DNA of 64,000 bases from Spirochaetia bacterium (GCA_965196605.1 CBDAKK010000008.1:539257-603256); one strand, 5' to 3'. Shown: positions 39,003 through 48,321, counted from the stretch's first letter. The notes: generated from the letters alone by a model not told the origin. Translations and numbers: made by a program.

Positions 39003-40058
39003 CTACTGAAGACGTGAAGGCTTCTTAGGCACGCTTATTTCACCAGCAAGCACCTTCGCCTTGTAGGCTTCAACGCTTTCCAAAAACTCTGCTTCTACGT
39101 TAGGGTTTTCTTCGGGAATAGCAACGCCATTATTTGCTAAGGAAAAAATCAAGATCTCCCCTCCGGGAAACTTTCCTTCATGCGAGAGCTGCGCAACATC
39201 ATGAGAAACTACATCCACGCGTTTTACCATGGAAGTGAGCATAACCGACTTTCCGTCAGCGTATACCCCATCTTGATACTGGTCGCGGTCTACCCCTATG
39301 ACCCAAACAGCCTCCCCTGCCAGTACACGATCTTTTGCTTCTTTAATAGCGCCATTACCCGTTGCTCCCGCTGCTGAAAACACCACACTCGCGCCCGCAT
39401 CATACATTTTTGCCGCAAGCGCCTGTCCAATTTGCGGCGCTGCAAAGTCCCCTGCATACTCGACAATAAGTTCAAGATCTGGAGCAACCGCTTTCACACC
39501 TGCCTCAAAGCCCGCTTCAAATCGGTGTATGAGTTCAAACTCCATACCACCTATGAACCCTACTTTTGTTCTACCTTCTGCCTTCGACTGCAAGCCCGCT
39601 ATAATTCCCACCAGAAAAGAACCCTCCTCTTCATTGAAGATTGCGCTTACCACATTGGGGCCTGGAGCTACTGTGTCTACAAGTAGAAACTGCGTGTCGG
39701 GAAAATTCTTTGAGACTTCTGTCATAGCATCTTGAAACAAAAAGCCCGCCGCAACAATAAGCGTAGCACCCTCATCCGCAAGCGTACTCAAGTTTGGAAT
39801 ATAATCCGCATCCGTACCCGACTGCAAATACTTATATTGGCTTTCGGAAAAGCCATGTTCATTTGCAAATCGCTCAATGCCTTCCCACGTACCTTGATTA
39901 AATGAGGCATCATCAATACCCCCTATATCTGTCACCAAAGCAACTGAGAATTGAGGCTCCTCAGCCTTTTTTTCCTTTGTGCACGCAACGGCAAAAAGGA
40001 CTGCTAGCGCTGTGAACACCGCCACATATATATTATGTTTCTTCATACATTCCTCCAA
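39003..40058 (-). CDS. BMP family (TmpC/PnrA-like) purine-nucleoside-binding lipoprotein
   Basis: Lipobox LFAVAC, then FSVALVTDIGGIDDASFNQGTWEGI, closely resembling Treponema TmpC/PnrA. Confidence 0.85.
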   Translation of the reverse strand: MEECMKKHNIYVAVFTALAVLFAVACTKEKKAEEPQFSVALVTDIGGIDDASFNQGTWEGIERFANEHGFSESQYKYLQSGTDADYIPNLSTLADEGATLIVAAGFLFQDAMTEVSKNFPDTQFLLVDTVAPGPNVVSAIFNEEEGSFLVGIIAGLQSKAEGRTKVGFIGGMEFELIHRFEAGFEAGVKAVAPDLELIVEYAGDFAAPQIGQALAAKMYDAGASVVFSAAGATGNGAIKEAKDRVLAGEAVWVIGVDRDQYQDGVYADGKSVMLTSMVKRVDVVSHDVAQLSHEGKFPGGEILIFSLANNGVAIPEENPNVEAEFLESVEAYKAKVLAGEISVPKKPSRLQ

Positions 40059-40063
40059 ATGTT

Positions 40064-41230
40064 TTAACTATTACCATGGTGATGCTTTTGGCTCGTTATG
40101 TAAAGAATGAACATGCCTAAGCCGAGAGTGGGGGAGCTGCCCCCACGCCCCCCTTGGGGTAAGACACGGTATTGCGCATGAGCGCTTTGTGGGTGAGCGC
40201 CCCCCCACCCCCCTTTGGGCAAGACGCCTCTTTGCGCTATGCGCGAGTGTTTGTGCCATGGCTCACGCGATGTGTTGCTCACGCTATTTGTTGCCAAGCA
40301 GCTATTCTAAATACGCTATTCATTCGGATGGCCGTTCTTTCTTTTCTTTTTTACCATCCATGGCAGCCAATGCGCCCCGTCCATGGGGCGGCTGTGATGA
40401 CGCAAAAAGAGTCGAGAGCCGAAGGCGAACGGGTGCAAACTATTGCATAAGTGCCGCAATGCGGCACAAACATGGAACTTGCACCAAAGAAAGAACCAAA
40501 GAAAAGAAAAAAACATCCTGTGTGCTAAAGCAGTAATGGCATAGATACTGTGCGTAAGTATTAAAAAGTACCCAAGAAAGTCACGAACGTAGTGAGGGGA
40601 TGCAAACTATTAAATGGCGGAGCGAAGCGGTCGCTCGCCCCATGGATGGGGCAAATAAGAGCGCCATGGACGGTGCAGAAATGGAGTACTCGCACCAAAG
40701 AAAGAAAGTAAGCTATCCGAAGATTTAGCATATCGCGCTAGCGCCTTAGTCGCAAAAGGCGTTCACGCAATGCTGCGCAAGCAGAACACATACGGCGTTA
40801 GCCCCCGCGCGTGTAGCTCAGTACAGCGTCTTACCGCAGTGGGGGTGTGGGGGCGTGCTGTCCCCACAAAGGCACGTATGGCACGCAGCGTGTTTCTTGT
40901 GTGGTTCGCTCGGTGTCCCTTAAGTGGTATGTGTATGCCTTGCAAGGACGAAAGACGAAAGCCATAGGCGAAATAAGCAACGCGCTAAGGAAACGCTAGG
41001 AAAACGGAAAACGCTTTGCGCAAAGCGTCATTGCGTAAAAAGGGGGCGGTGGGTGGAAAGCCACGCGGCTCGGGGGCTTGGGGCTCAAGTTGTCATGAGC
41101 CTACGCCTCATGTGTATATTCCGCGGCGCGGCTTAAAGCCTCAAGCAGTTGTCCGCTGTCGCTTGTGCTGCGTACTACACGGTAGCATGAGCCCGCCGCG
41201 CCTACATACGCGCCTTAGCTGCTACTTACA
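40064..41230. repeat. composite intergenic repeat cluster 3 (reverse orientation; includes a second sub-copy at 40740-40900)
   Basis: G-rich palindromes at 40130-40215 and 40838-40872, ~98-bp units at 40370-40500 and 40560-40700, and the 'gtgccatggctcacgcgatgtgttgctcacgctatttgttgcca' module. The ORFs within are spurious. Confidence 0.8.
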
Positions 41231-41615
41231 ACGCGCGGCAGTACTCGGCGTAGGCGTCTTCGTCCATAAGGGCTTGCAGTTCTTCTTCTAGTTTGAGCAA
41301 GTCTGAGACTTGCAGCTTAAGCACCCAACCCTCACCAAAGGGGTCTTTGTTTACACACTCGGGGTTGCGCTGCAAGGCCTTGTTTGCCTGTACCGCGGTG
41401 CCTGATATGGGGGTGTAAATGTCCAATGCCGCCTTTGAAGACTCAATTACTGCAACCACGTCCCCCGCCGCATAGTGTTTCTCGTCCTCTGGCACATCCA
41501 CATATACCACATCACCCACTACGGACTGCCCATAGTCTGAAATGCCCATAACGAGAACTGCCCCATCGCTCGTCTCTCTTTCAACCCATTCGTGCGTGCT
41601 TGTAAAATACCTCAT
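41226..41615 (-). CDS. gcvH: glycine cleavage system H protein (lipoyl carrier)
   Basis: Lipoyl-lysine motif ESSKAALDIYTPISG. 129 aa. Confidence 0.85.
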   Translation of the reverse strand: MRYFTSTHEWVERETSDGAVLVMGISDYGQSVVGDVVYVDVPEDEKHYAAGDVVAVIESSKAALDIYTPISGTAVQANKALQRNPECVNKDPFGEGWVLKLQVSDLLKLEEELQALMDEDAYAEYCRAL

Positions 41616-41689
41616 TCCTACCCATGTATTGTAGCACCTCTTTCCATTTTTGCGTTACGTCTGCGCGCGTGGACTACACTGAAGAGTAT

Positions 41690-43294
41690 ATGCCTTGCAC
41701 TCCTTCAAAAAACATGCCCCCCCTGTTGCGCGTGCACAACTTGTGTGTAAGCGCACCCCACCATTCACAGCGCATTGTACGTGACGTGTCGTTTTGCATG
41801 CACCGTGGAGAGCACATTGCGGTCATAGGTGACTCGGGCTCGGGGAAAACAACGCTGCTCAAGGCCATTGCGGGGGTTCTCCCTCATGCGTGGCATGCAT
41901 CGGGTTGTGTGCAGGTGCCGCACCATGAGCTTGCGTACATTATGCAAGAGCCCAAGGCAGCGCTTAACCCCATACGCAGCATTAAGGCCATGTTTGCAGC
42001 GCTGCGTCATAGCAGGCGCTTTGCCGGCATGAGCGCAAAGCAAACAAGCGAGCGCATTAGGCAGCGCATGCATGCAGCATTTAATGCAATGAAACTCATT
42101 GACAATGCTGAGGCAGACCTTGCAAAGAACGGGTCGGGCTTTTCGGACTTACACAACTTGCTTGCAAAGCGCCGTACGCAGGTCTCAGGAGGCATGGCGC
42201 AGCGCATTATGGTGGCCTTGGCCATTACTGCGGGTTCTACGGTGGCACTTGCTGATGAAGTGAGTTCCGCGCTCGATGAGAAGCACGAACGCAAAACCAT
42301 TGAGACCTTGCTTGCCGCTATGCAAGGCGTGCTGTTTGTAACGCATAGAATGAACCTTGTTAAGGACTACTGCCATAAAGTGCTGGTGCTTCAGAATGGT
42401 GCAGTGCATTTTTTTGGTGACGTGGCGCAGTGGTTGCGGGAGCACGGTGATGATGAACACAACGCGGCAGGTGTTATGACGGGGCATGCTAGCACGCAAG
42501 GGCGTAAAAAGAGCCATGCGCGCGCTCAAAACGGCAGCACTGCTAGGCATGGCGGGCTTGGTGGCGTTGTGTTGCGCTGTGAGCGCGTAGGCGTGTACTA
42601 TGACAAGCCGTCGTTTTTGCCACGCGCAACAAGCGGTGTGCGCAACTTTGTGCTGCAAGGCCTCAACTTTAGCGCGCGCGCGCGAGAGGTTGTCTTGGTG
42701 CGTGGCGAAACCGGCTGTGGCAAAAGCACCTTTGCGCATGTGTGCGCAGGGCAGCTTCAGCCTTGCACGGGGGCGGTGTGCATGCATAATACCCCCATGC
42801 CCTATGGTTCGGCGCGTGCCATGCGCATTTTTAGGCGGGACGTGCAGCTTATTTCGCAAGTGCCCTCCTTGAGTTTTAACCCGCTGCGCACGGTGCTCAG
42901 CAGCCTCATGGACGCGCACGCCACAATGTCGCGGGCAGAAAAACAGCGCAGTCAGGAGTACCTGCAGCAGCTGTGTAAGACCATGCACATTTCTCAGGCG
43001 CAGCTTGCGCGCTTCCCCCATGAGCTTTCTGGTGGGCAGCTCCAACGCATCGCCATTATACGCGCCTTGCTGCCGCACCCAAACATCCTCATCCTCGACG
43101 AACCGGTGAGTCACTTGGACCCACGCATACGCATACAAGTGTTGGAGCGCATAGCTGCATTGCACGCACAAACGCGCATAACGCTTATTGTTATTTCGCA
43201 CCTTGAGGAGGTATGCGCCTTTATAAAACGTAGCTATGCGCAATACACCGCCTATGCCCTAGAACATGGCGCGCTTGTGCCGCTTGAAACCTAA
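41690..43294 (+). CDS. ABC transporter ATP-binding protein with duplicated NBDs (DppD-DppF fusion, YejF/GsiA-like). No cognate permease is adjacent
   Basis: GDSGSGKTT/VSGGMAQRIMVALAI and GETGCGKST/LSGGQLQRIAIIRAL. The ORF-track start is 41624; the likely start is MPCTPSK or MPPLL. The gene is notably GC-rich (about 60%). Confidence 0.7.
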   Translation: MPCTPSKNMPPLLRVHNLCVSAPHHSQRIVRDVSFCMHRGEHIAVIGDSGSGKTTLLKAIAGVLPHAWHASGCVQVPHHELAYIMQEPKAALNPIRSIKAMFAALRHSRRFAGMSAKQTSERIRQRMHAAFNAMKLIDNAEADLAKNGSGFSDLHNLLAKRRTQVSGGMAQRIMVALAITAGSTVALADEVSSALDEKHERKTIETLLAAMQGVLFVTHRMNLVKDYCHKVLVLQNGAVHFFGDVAQWLREHGDDEHNAAGVMTGHASTQGRKKSHARAQNGSTARHGGLGGVVLRCERVGVYYDKPSFLPRATSGVRNFVLQGLNFSARAREVVLVRGETGCGKSTFAHVCAGQLQPCTGAVCMHNTPMPYGSARAMRIFRRDVQLISQVPSLSFNPLRTVLSSLMDAHATMSRAEKQRSQEYLQQLCKTMHISQAQLARFPHELSGGQLQRIAIIRALLPHPNILILDEPVSHLDPRIRIQVLERIAALHAQTRITLIVISHLEEVCAFIKRSYAQYTAYALEHGALVPLET

Positions 43295-43299
43295 GGCTT

Positions 43300-44058
43300 C
43301 ACATGTGAAAGGTTGCCTTGTGTGGCACGCCCCTGCAAAGGCAAGGCACAGGGTGCGGCGCTCCACCGTAGCGTAGTGCTAGGGAGTCTGACAGCACTAT
43401 GTCAGAGAGTCTGACAGCACTATGTCAGGGAGTCTGACGGCACTATGTCAGACACCACCGTAGCATAGTGCGGTACTCCACCGCAGCATAGTGCGCTGCC
43501 GCCTTGCCACATGTGCTAAGACACAGCCCCCCGCAGCACTGAGACGTGTAAGCTGCACGCCGTGTGTGTGATGGCTCACGCTATTTGTACCATTCATGGC
43601 ACACAATGTGTCCCATGAATGGTGAGCAGCGCACTCACACAAACTTACTTCCATACAATCTTCATACTTGCGCACAGTATCTATGTTATTATTGCTTTAG
43701 CACACAGGATGTTTTCTTTTCTTTCTTTGGTTCTTTTCTTTCTTTTCTTTTCCGTCCTGAAAAGAAAAGAAAGAAAGAACGGCCAACCGAAGTGTTTGCT
43801 TAGTGCGCTCACGTCATGGCAACAAGAGGCGTTCACGCAATACTGCGCAAGCAAAACACACACGGCGTGCAGCCTACCCGCGCGTAGCGCAATATAGCGT
43901 CTTACCCCAAGGGGGGTGTGGGGGCGCTCCCCCACAAAGCGCTTATGCACATATAGCGTCTTACCCCAAGGGGGGGGGTGGGGGCGCTCCCCCACAAAGG
44001 CAAGACACAACGCTATGTGGTATGAAGGGTAGTTGCTTTATATATCATGCTTACATTT
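43300..44058. repeat. composite intergenic repeat cluster 4, bounded by 38-bp perfect direct repeats (43241..43278 and 44061..44098)
   Basis: Contains the 23-bp array, the 'gtgatggctcacgctatttgt' module, the 20-bp-arm hairpin 'ttctttctttcttttcttttccgtcctgaaaagaaaagaaagaaagaa' and two G-rich palindromes (43915-43990). Confidence 0.8.
43381..43449. repeat. three tandem 23-bp units, each containing the palindrome CTGACAgcactaTGTCAG
   Basis: Units at 43381-43403, 43404-43426 and 43427-43449, flanked by 'ccaccgtagcatagtgc' motifs (43362, 43454, 43476) that are complementary to the unit core. Confidence 0.85.
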
Positions 44059-44129
44059 GTGCAGTACACCGCCTATGCCCTAGAACATGGCGCGCTTGTG
44101 CGTCTTGAGAATAAAAGTTTACTTTGTGC

Positions 44130-45173
44130 TTATTGTAAGCGCGTTGGTACTTTTGGTATGGTAAGTTTGCCCGATAATACCTGTTGTTTGTAGCGCGATA
44201 CGAGCTCTAAAAATTCCGCGCTTACGTTGGGGTTTTCTTGTGGTATACCCACACCTCCGTTTTCTAGCGAGAATGTAAGTACTTTTCCACCAGGAAAATT
44301 GCCTTGCTTTGCTAAGTTTGCAACATTGTGTGTGGCAACATCTACGCGTTTTACCATGGAGCTGAGAATTACAGATTTGTCTTTAGCGTAAATGCCTTCT
44401 TCATATTGGTCTCTATCAACCCCAATAATCCATACACGTTCTCCGTTTAGTGCACGATCCTTCGCTTCTTTAATAGCACCGTTTCCAGTAGTTGCAGCTG
44501 CGTGAAAAATCACGCCAACGCCAGCGTCGTACATTTTTGCAGCAAAGGCTTGTCCAAGGGACGGGGCAGAAAAGTCAGCGGCGTATTCCACAAGTATTTC
44601 TAAATCTGGTGCAACTGTTTTCACGCCTTTTTCAAACCCGGCTTCAAAACGATGTATCACATCAAATTCCATTCCACCGATAAAGCCTACTTTTTCTTTC
44701 CTTTCTGCTTGTGATTGAAGCCCCGCTATAACTCCAACGAGGAATGAGCCTTCTTCTTCTTTAAACACAGCGCTTACAACATTGGGCTTTGGGACGGCGG
44801 TGTCAATGATGAGAAACTGTTTGGTGGGGAAATTTTGAGCAACTTTTGTAATGGCTTCGGTAAATGTAAAGCCCGCCGCCACAATAAGTGTTGTATCGTT
44901 GTCGGCAAGTGCGCTCAAATTTGGAAGATAATCGGAATGAGTACTTGATTGCACATAGGTATACTGCGCCTTTGAGAGATTTTCTTGAGATGCAAATTTT
45001 GTAATACCTTCCCATGCGCTTTGATTAAACGCCTTGTCATCAATGCCACCTATGTCGGTTACGAGCCCCACAGAAAATGACGTAGATTGTTTTTTAGTAC
45101 AGGCGTTTAAACCGCCTCCCATGATCAATGCTATTGATAGTATGTAGAAAGTCGTCTTCATAAGTTCCCCCAT
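44130..45173 (-). CDS. BMP family lipoprotein, orphan paralog of 39003..40058
   Basis: Lipobox GLNAC, then FSVGLVTDIGGIDDKAFNQSAWEGI. About 60% identical to the first BMP protein, with no adjacent transporter genes. Confidence 0.85.
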   Translation of the reverse strand: MGELMKTTFYILSIALIMGGGLNACTKKQSTSFSVGLVTDIGGIDDKAFNQSAWEGITKFASQENLSKAQYTYVQSSTHSDYLPNLSALADNDTTLIVAAGFTFTEAITKVAQNFPTKQFLIIDTAVPKPNVVSAVFKEEEGSFLVGVIAGLQSQAERKEKVGFIGGMEFDVIHRFEAGFEKGVKTVAPDLEILVEYAADFSAPSLGQAFAAKMYDAGVGVIFHAAATTGNGAIKEAKDRALNGERVWIIGVDRDQYEEGIYAKDKSVILSSMVKRVDVATHNVANLAKQGNFPGGKVLTFSLENGGVGIPQENPNVSAEFLELVSRYKQQVLSGKLTIPKVPTRLQ

Positions 45174-45242
45174 GGTTTCTTATTCAGGGTATCAAATCTG
45201 TATCTTTTTAAAGATAGCAATATTGTATACTACAATAGTTGC

Positions 45243-46457
45243 TTGTTTATGTTTAGGATAATGACTTTTATGAAACTTCTGCTCCGCTTTTATTGCTTGG
45301 TATTCTTAGGGTTTTTTGTGGCTGTGGTTTGTGAGCCGCTCATGGCTCAAGAGATAGATGCACGGCTTGAGACCAAGCAGCAGGATGATGGCTCTGTTGT
45401 CTTTTCTGTTACAAACAATGAGGCTGTGCCTGTGTTTGTAGCGGTGCATTTTACTCAGTTGGATGGGCTTGTTGCAGATAGGGATGCTCCGATTGTTATT
45501 CCGCTTGAGGTGGGAGAGAATGAGGGGGTGCTTGCCTTGCGTCGCAAAGAGAACGCGAGGAGGCAGACCTACCGTGTTTCGTATCATTTTTTGTTTGTAA
45601 ACCCTGCTGAGGTACAGCCTGATGGTTTTTTGTATTATTTGCCTTTTGAGCATGGAGTGAAGCATGTAATAACGCAGGGGTGGCATGGGAGTTTTAGCCA
45701 TAGTGGGCAGAACACGTATGCTGTGGACTTTGACATGCTTGAGGGCGAAAAGGTCTATGCTGCTCGGGAGGGGGTAGTGGTTGCGGTGAAGCGGGACTCT
45801 CGTATAGGTGGGACTTCCCAAGCTTATGCAAAACACGCAAACTATGTGCTTATTCGGCATGCTGATAACACCATAGCGAGTTATGTACACTTGATGTTTA
45901 ATGGTGCGCTTGTAGACGTGGGGCAGCGCGTGGTGCTTGGGCAGCATATAGGCTATGCGGGCAAGACGGGCTTTGCAAGCGGGGCGCATTTGCACTTTGA
46001 TGTGCGCGCGTCTACCTTTGACCGCGGCATGCAGAGTGTTCGTTTTAGCTTTAGAGACAAGGACGGCGCGGCTGTAGAACCACAGGCTTACGCTACGTAT
46101 TATGGGCGCTTTCCCGGCGGTGCGGATTTTACTGAACTCCGTGGAAGCGACATTAGCGCGGCTACCTTTGAGGATCATAGTGTGGAGCTAGCTAGCACCA
46201 CTGCCTTTGATGGGCTGCACATACGTAAGGAGACCTACGACTCGGTGGTGGTGCTTTTTATAGCCAATGCATTTTCGTACGCGGTAGACGCGCGTGTTAC
46301 GCTTACGCTGGGTAATTTGCGCATGGAGCAATCCATGCCCATAGGCGTAGTAATACCCGCTCGTAGGGAAGTCTTTCTCGGTATTGCGCGTATACAAAAT
46401 GCGCGCAAGGGTATTGCCGTGCGTAGTAGCATTCGTTACAACCGCGCACAGGAGTAA
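45243..46457 (+). CDS. M23 family metallopeptidase (second copy) with an N-terminal membrane anchor
   Basis: YAVDFDM...VYAAREGVVVAV...HANYVLIRHADNTIASYVHL...GKTGFASGAHLHFDV. Confidence 0.8.
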   Translation: MFMFRIMTFMKLLLRFYCLVFLGFFVAVVCEPLMAQEIDARLETKQQDDGSVVFSVTNNEAVPVFVAVHFTQLDGLVADRDAPIVIPLEVGENEGVLALRRKENARRQTYRVSYHFLFVNPAEVQPDGFLYYLPFEHGVKHVITQGWHGSFSHSGQNTYAVDFDMLEGEKVYAAREGVVVAVKRDSRIGGTSQAYAKHANYVLIRHADNTIASYVHLMFNGALVDVGQRVVLGQHIGYAGKTGFASGAHLHFDVRASTFDRGMQSVRFSFRDKDGAAVEPQAYATYYGRFPGGADFTELRGSDISAATFEDHSVELASTTAFDGLHIRKETYDSVVVLFIANAFSYAVDARVTLTLGNLRMEQSMPIGVVIPARREVFLGIARIQNARKGIAVRSSIRYNRAQE

Positions 46458-46459
46458 GT

Positions 46460-47300
46460 GCCTTGTGGGGGCACGCCCCCACACCCCCGCGCGTCTTGAG
46501 TGCTAAGCACGGGTTACTTCGTGTTTGTTGCTTACGCTATTTGTGCCATCCATGGCACAGTTGTCGCCTTCGGCTCTCCACTCTTTTGATGCAAGCTCCA
46601 TGTTTGCACCGCACAGCGGCGCTTATGCAATAGTTTGCATCCCCTCGCTACGCTCGCGACTTTTTGGTTCTTTTTCTTTTCTTTTGATGCAAGTTCCATG
46701 TTTGTGCCGCATTGCGGCACTTATGCAACAGTTTGCATCCCCTCGCTACGCTCGCGACTTTTTGGTTCTTTTTCTTTTCTTTTGATGCAAGTTCCATGTT
46801 TGTGCCGCATTGCGGCACTTATGCAACAGTTTGCATCCCCTCGCTACGCTCGTGACTTTGGTACTTTCTTCTTTGGCGCGAGTATTCATACAAACTTACT
46901 TACATACAATCTTCATACTTGCGTAGAGTAGCTATGTTATTACTGCTTTAGCACACAGGAGGCTTTTTTCTCTTTTCTTTGGTACTTTCTTTTCTCTTTT
47001 TTGCATCCATAAAAAAGAGAAAAGAAAGTACAGCCGTCCGAGGCATCATCATATCGCGTCACGCGCCGTGGCAACACAGAGCGTGAGCAACATACCGCGT
47101 GAGCCATCACACACACGGCGTGTAGCTTACTCGCGCGTAAGCGCAGAACGACCAGCAGTAGGGGTGTGGGGGCGTGCTGCCCCCACAAAGGCACGCGTGG
47201 AGCGCAAACAAGGGGGGTGGGTGGGGTGTTATTGCTATAAAATGGGTATTGTCGTATTCTTTTAGGTAGTGATACTTGGGTATTGCGGGTGCTATGTTCC
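46460..47300. repeat. composite intergenic repeat cluster 5, including three tandem ~98-bp units at 46583..46876
   Basis: G-rich palindromes at 46465-46495 and 47160-47225. Units 2 and 3 (46681-46778, 46779-46876) are near-identical. Hairpin 'ctttcttttctcttttttgcatccataaaaaagagaaaagaaag' at about 46985-47030. Confidence 0.85.
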
Positions 47301-47328
47301 CTTGTTTGTGGATATAGTCCTAGTATGA

Positions 47329-48282
47329 GTGGGTCATAAATTAATGAGAACAACGCAGAAGAAACTAGTTATATCGCTTTTTATTGTATGTATTGCTATT
47401 GGTGGGTTTTTGTTCCATCGCCTTGTGCGCGATTCTTCGCGTCTTAAGAATCAGCGAGAGGCTGCGTTGCAGAGTATTGTGGCCTTGTGGAATGAGAGTG
47501 ATTATGAGGCGACTATTGAGGAGTCGGGGAAGTATTTATTGGATTACCCTGATGATAGTTATGTGCGGGTTTTGCGCGGTATTGCCTTGCTTAACAGTGC
47601 AGAGTTGGGGGTGGATAGCGTATATAAAAAGGATATAGAGAGTATTTGGCAGACTGTGTACGAAATACGGAAGGCGCTTGTTATTAATCCGAGCATTGCG
47701 TATAAGGACGAGGCTTTGTATGTGCTGGGTAAGGCGTATTACTTGCTTGGTGGTGCGCAGATACCTAAGGCTATACGCTACTTAGAGGGTGCGGTTAAAA
47801 ACAAGGTTGCTTCTGCGGACTTGTATGAGTTTCTGGTTGCCGCGTATAAAAGCGACAATCGTTATGACGAGGCTATAGCGCTTATTAACAAAATGCTCAA
47901 GAAGTCTAAGAGTAATGGCGCGCCATCGCGTATTAGCTTGCAGTTGAGCTTAATAGATTTGCTGCTTGATACGGAGGATATAGTGGCAGCTGAGGAGCAG
48001 ATACAAAGAGGGCTTGCGGATGCAAAGGTTTCTGAGCAGGAAAAGACTGCTTTTACTATACGCTCTGCGCAGGTGTTGTTGATACGAAAGGATGCAAATA
48101 AAGCAATGCAGATTTTATCTGCTATCATTAAGAAAGACCCTAATTCCTTTGAGGCGTTGTACTACATGGGTGTTGCGCATGATATTAGAGGGGAGTCGGG
48201 TAAGGCACGCTATTATTGGCGGAAGGCGCTGGCTATAAATCCGTATTGGGATAAAATACTTGAAAAGCTCAATACTACGTAG
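47329..48282 (+). CDS. TPR-repeat protein with an N-terminal transmembrane anchor
   Basis: N-terminal TM helix followed by several TPR-like helical repeats (for example ALYVLGKAYYLLGGAQ... and ALYYMGVAHDIRGESGKARYYWRKALAINP). Confidence 0.6.
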   Translation: MGHKLMRTTQKKLVISLFIVCIAIGGFLFHRLVRDSSRLKNQREAALQSIVALWNESDYEATIEESGKYLLDYPDDSYVRVLRGIALLNSAELGVDSVYKKDIESIWQTVYEIRKALVINPSIAYKDEALYVLGKAYYLLGGAQIPKAIRYLEGAVKNKVASADLYEFLVAAYKSDNRYDEAIALINKMLKKSKSNGAPSRISLQLSLIDLLLDTEDIVAAEEQIQRGLADAKVSEQEKTAFTIRSAQVLLIRKDANKAMQILSAIIKKDPNSFEALYYMGVAHDIRGESGKARYYWRKALAINPYWDKILEKLNTT

Positions 48283-48321
48283 TGGCGCAACTATTTTAGG
48301 AATAGGGTAAGGATAAGAAGT

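Noticed and set aside
46583-46876. Possible CRISPR array (regularly spaced repeats)
   Set aside because: The units are about 98 bp and directly abutting, with no unique spacers. The same applies to the 23-bp x3 array at 43381-43449. No cas genes are nearby.
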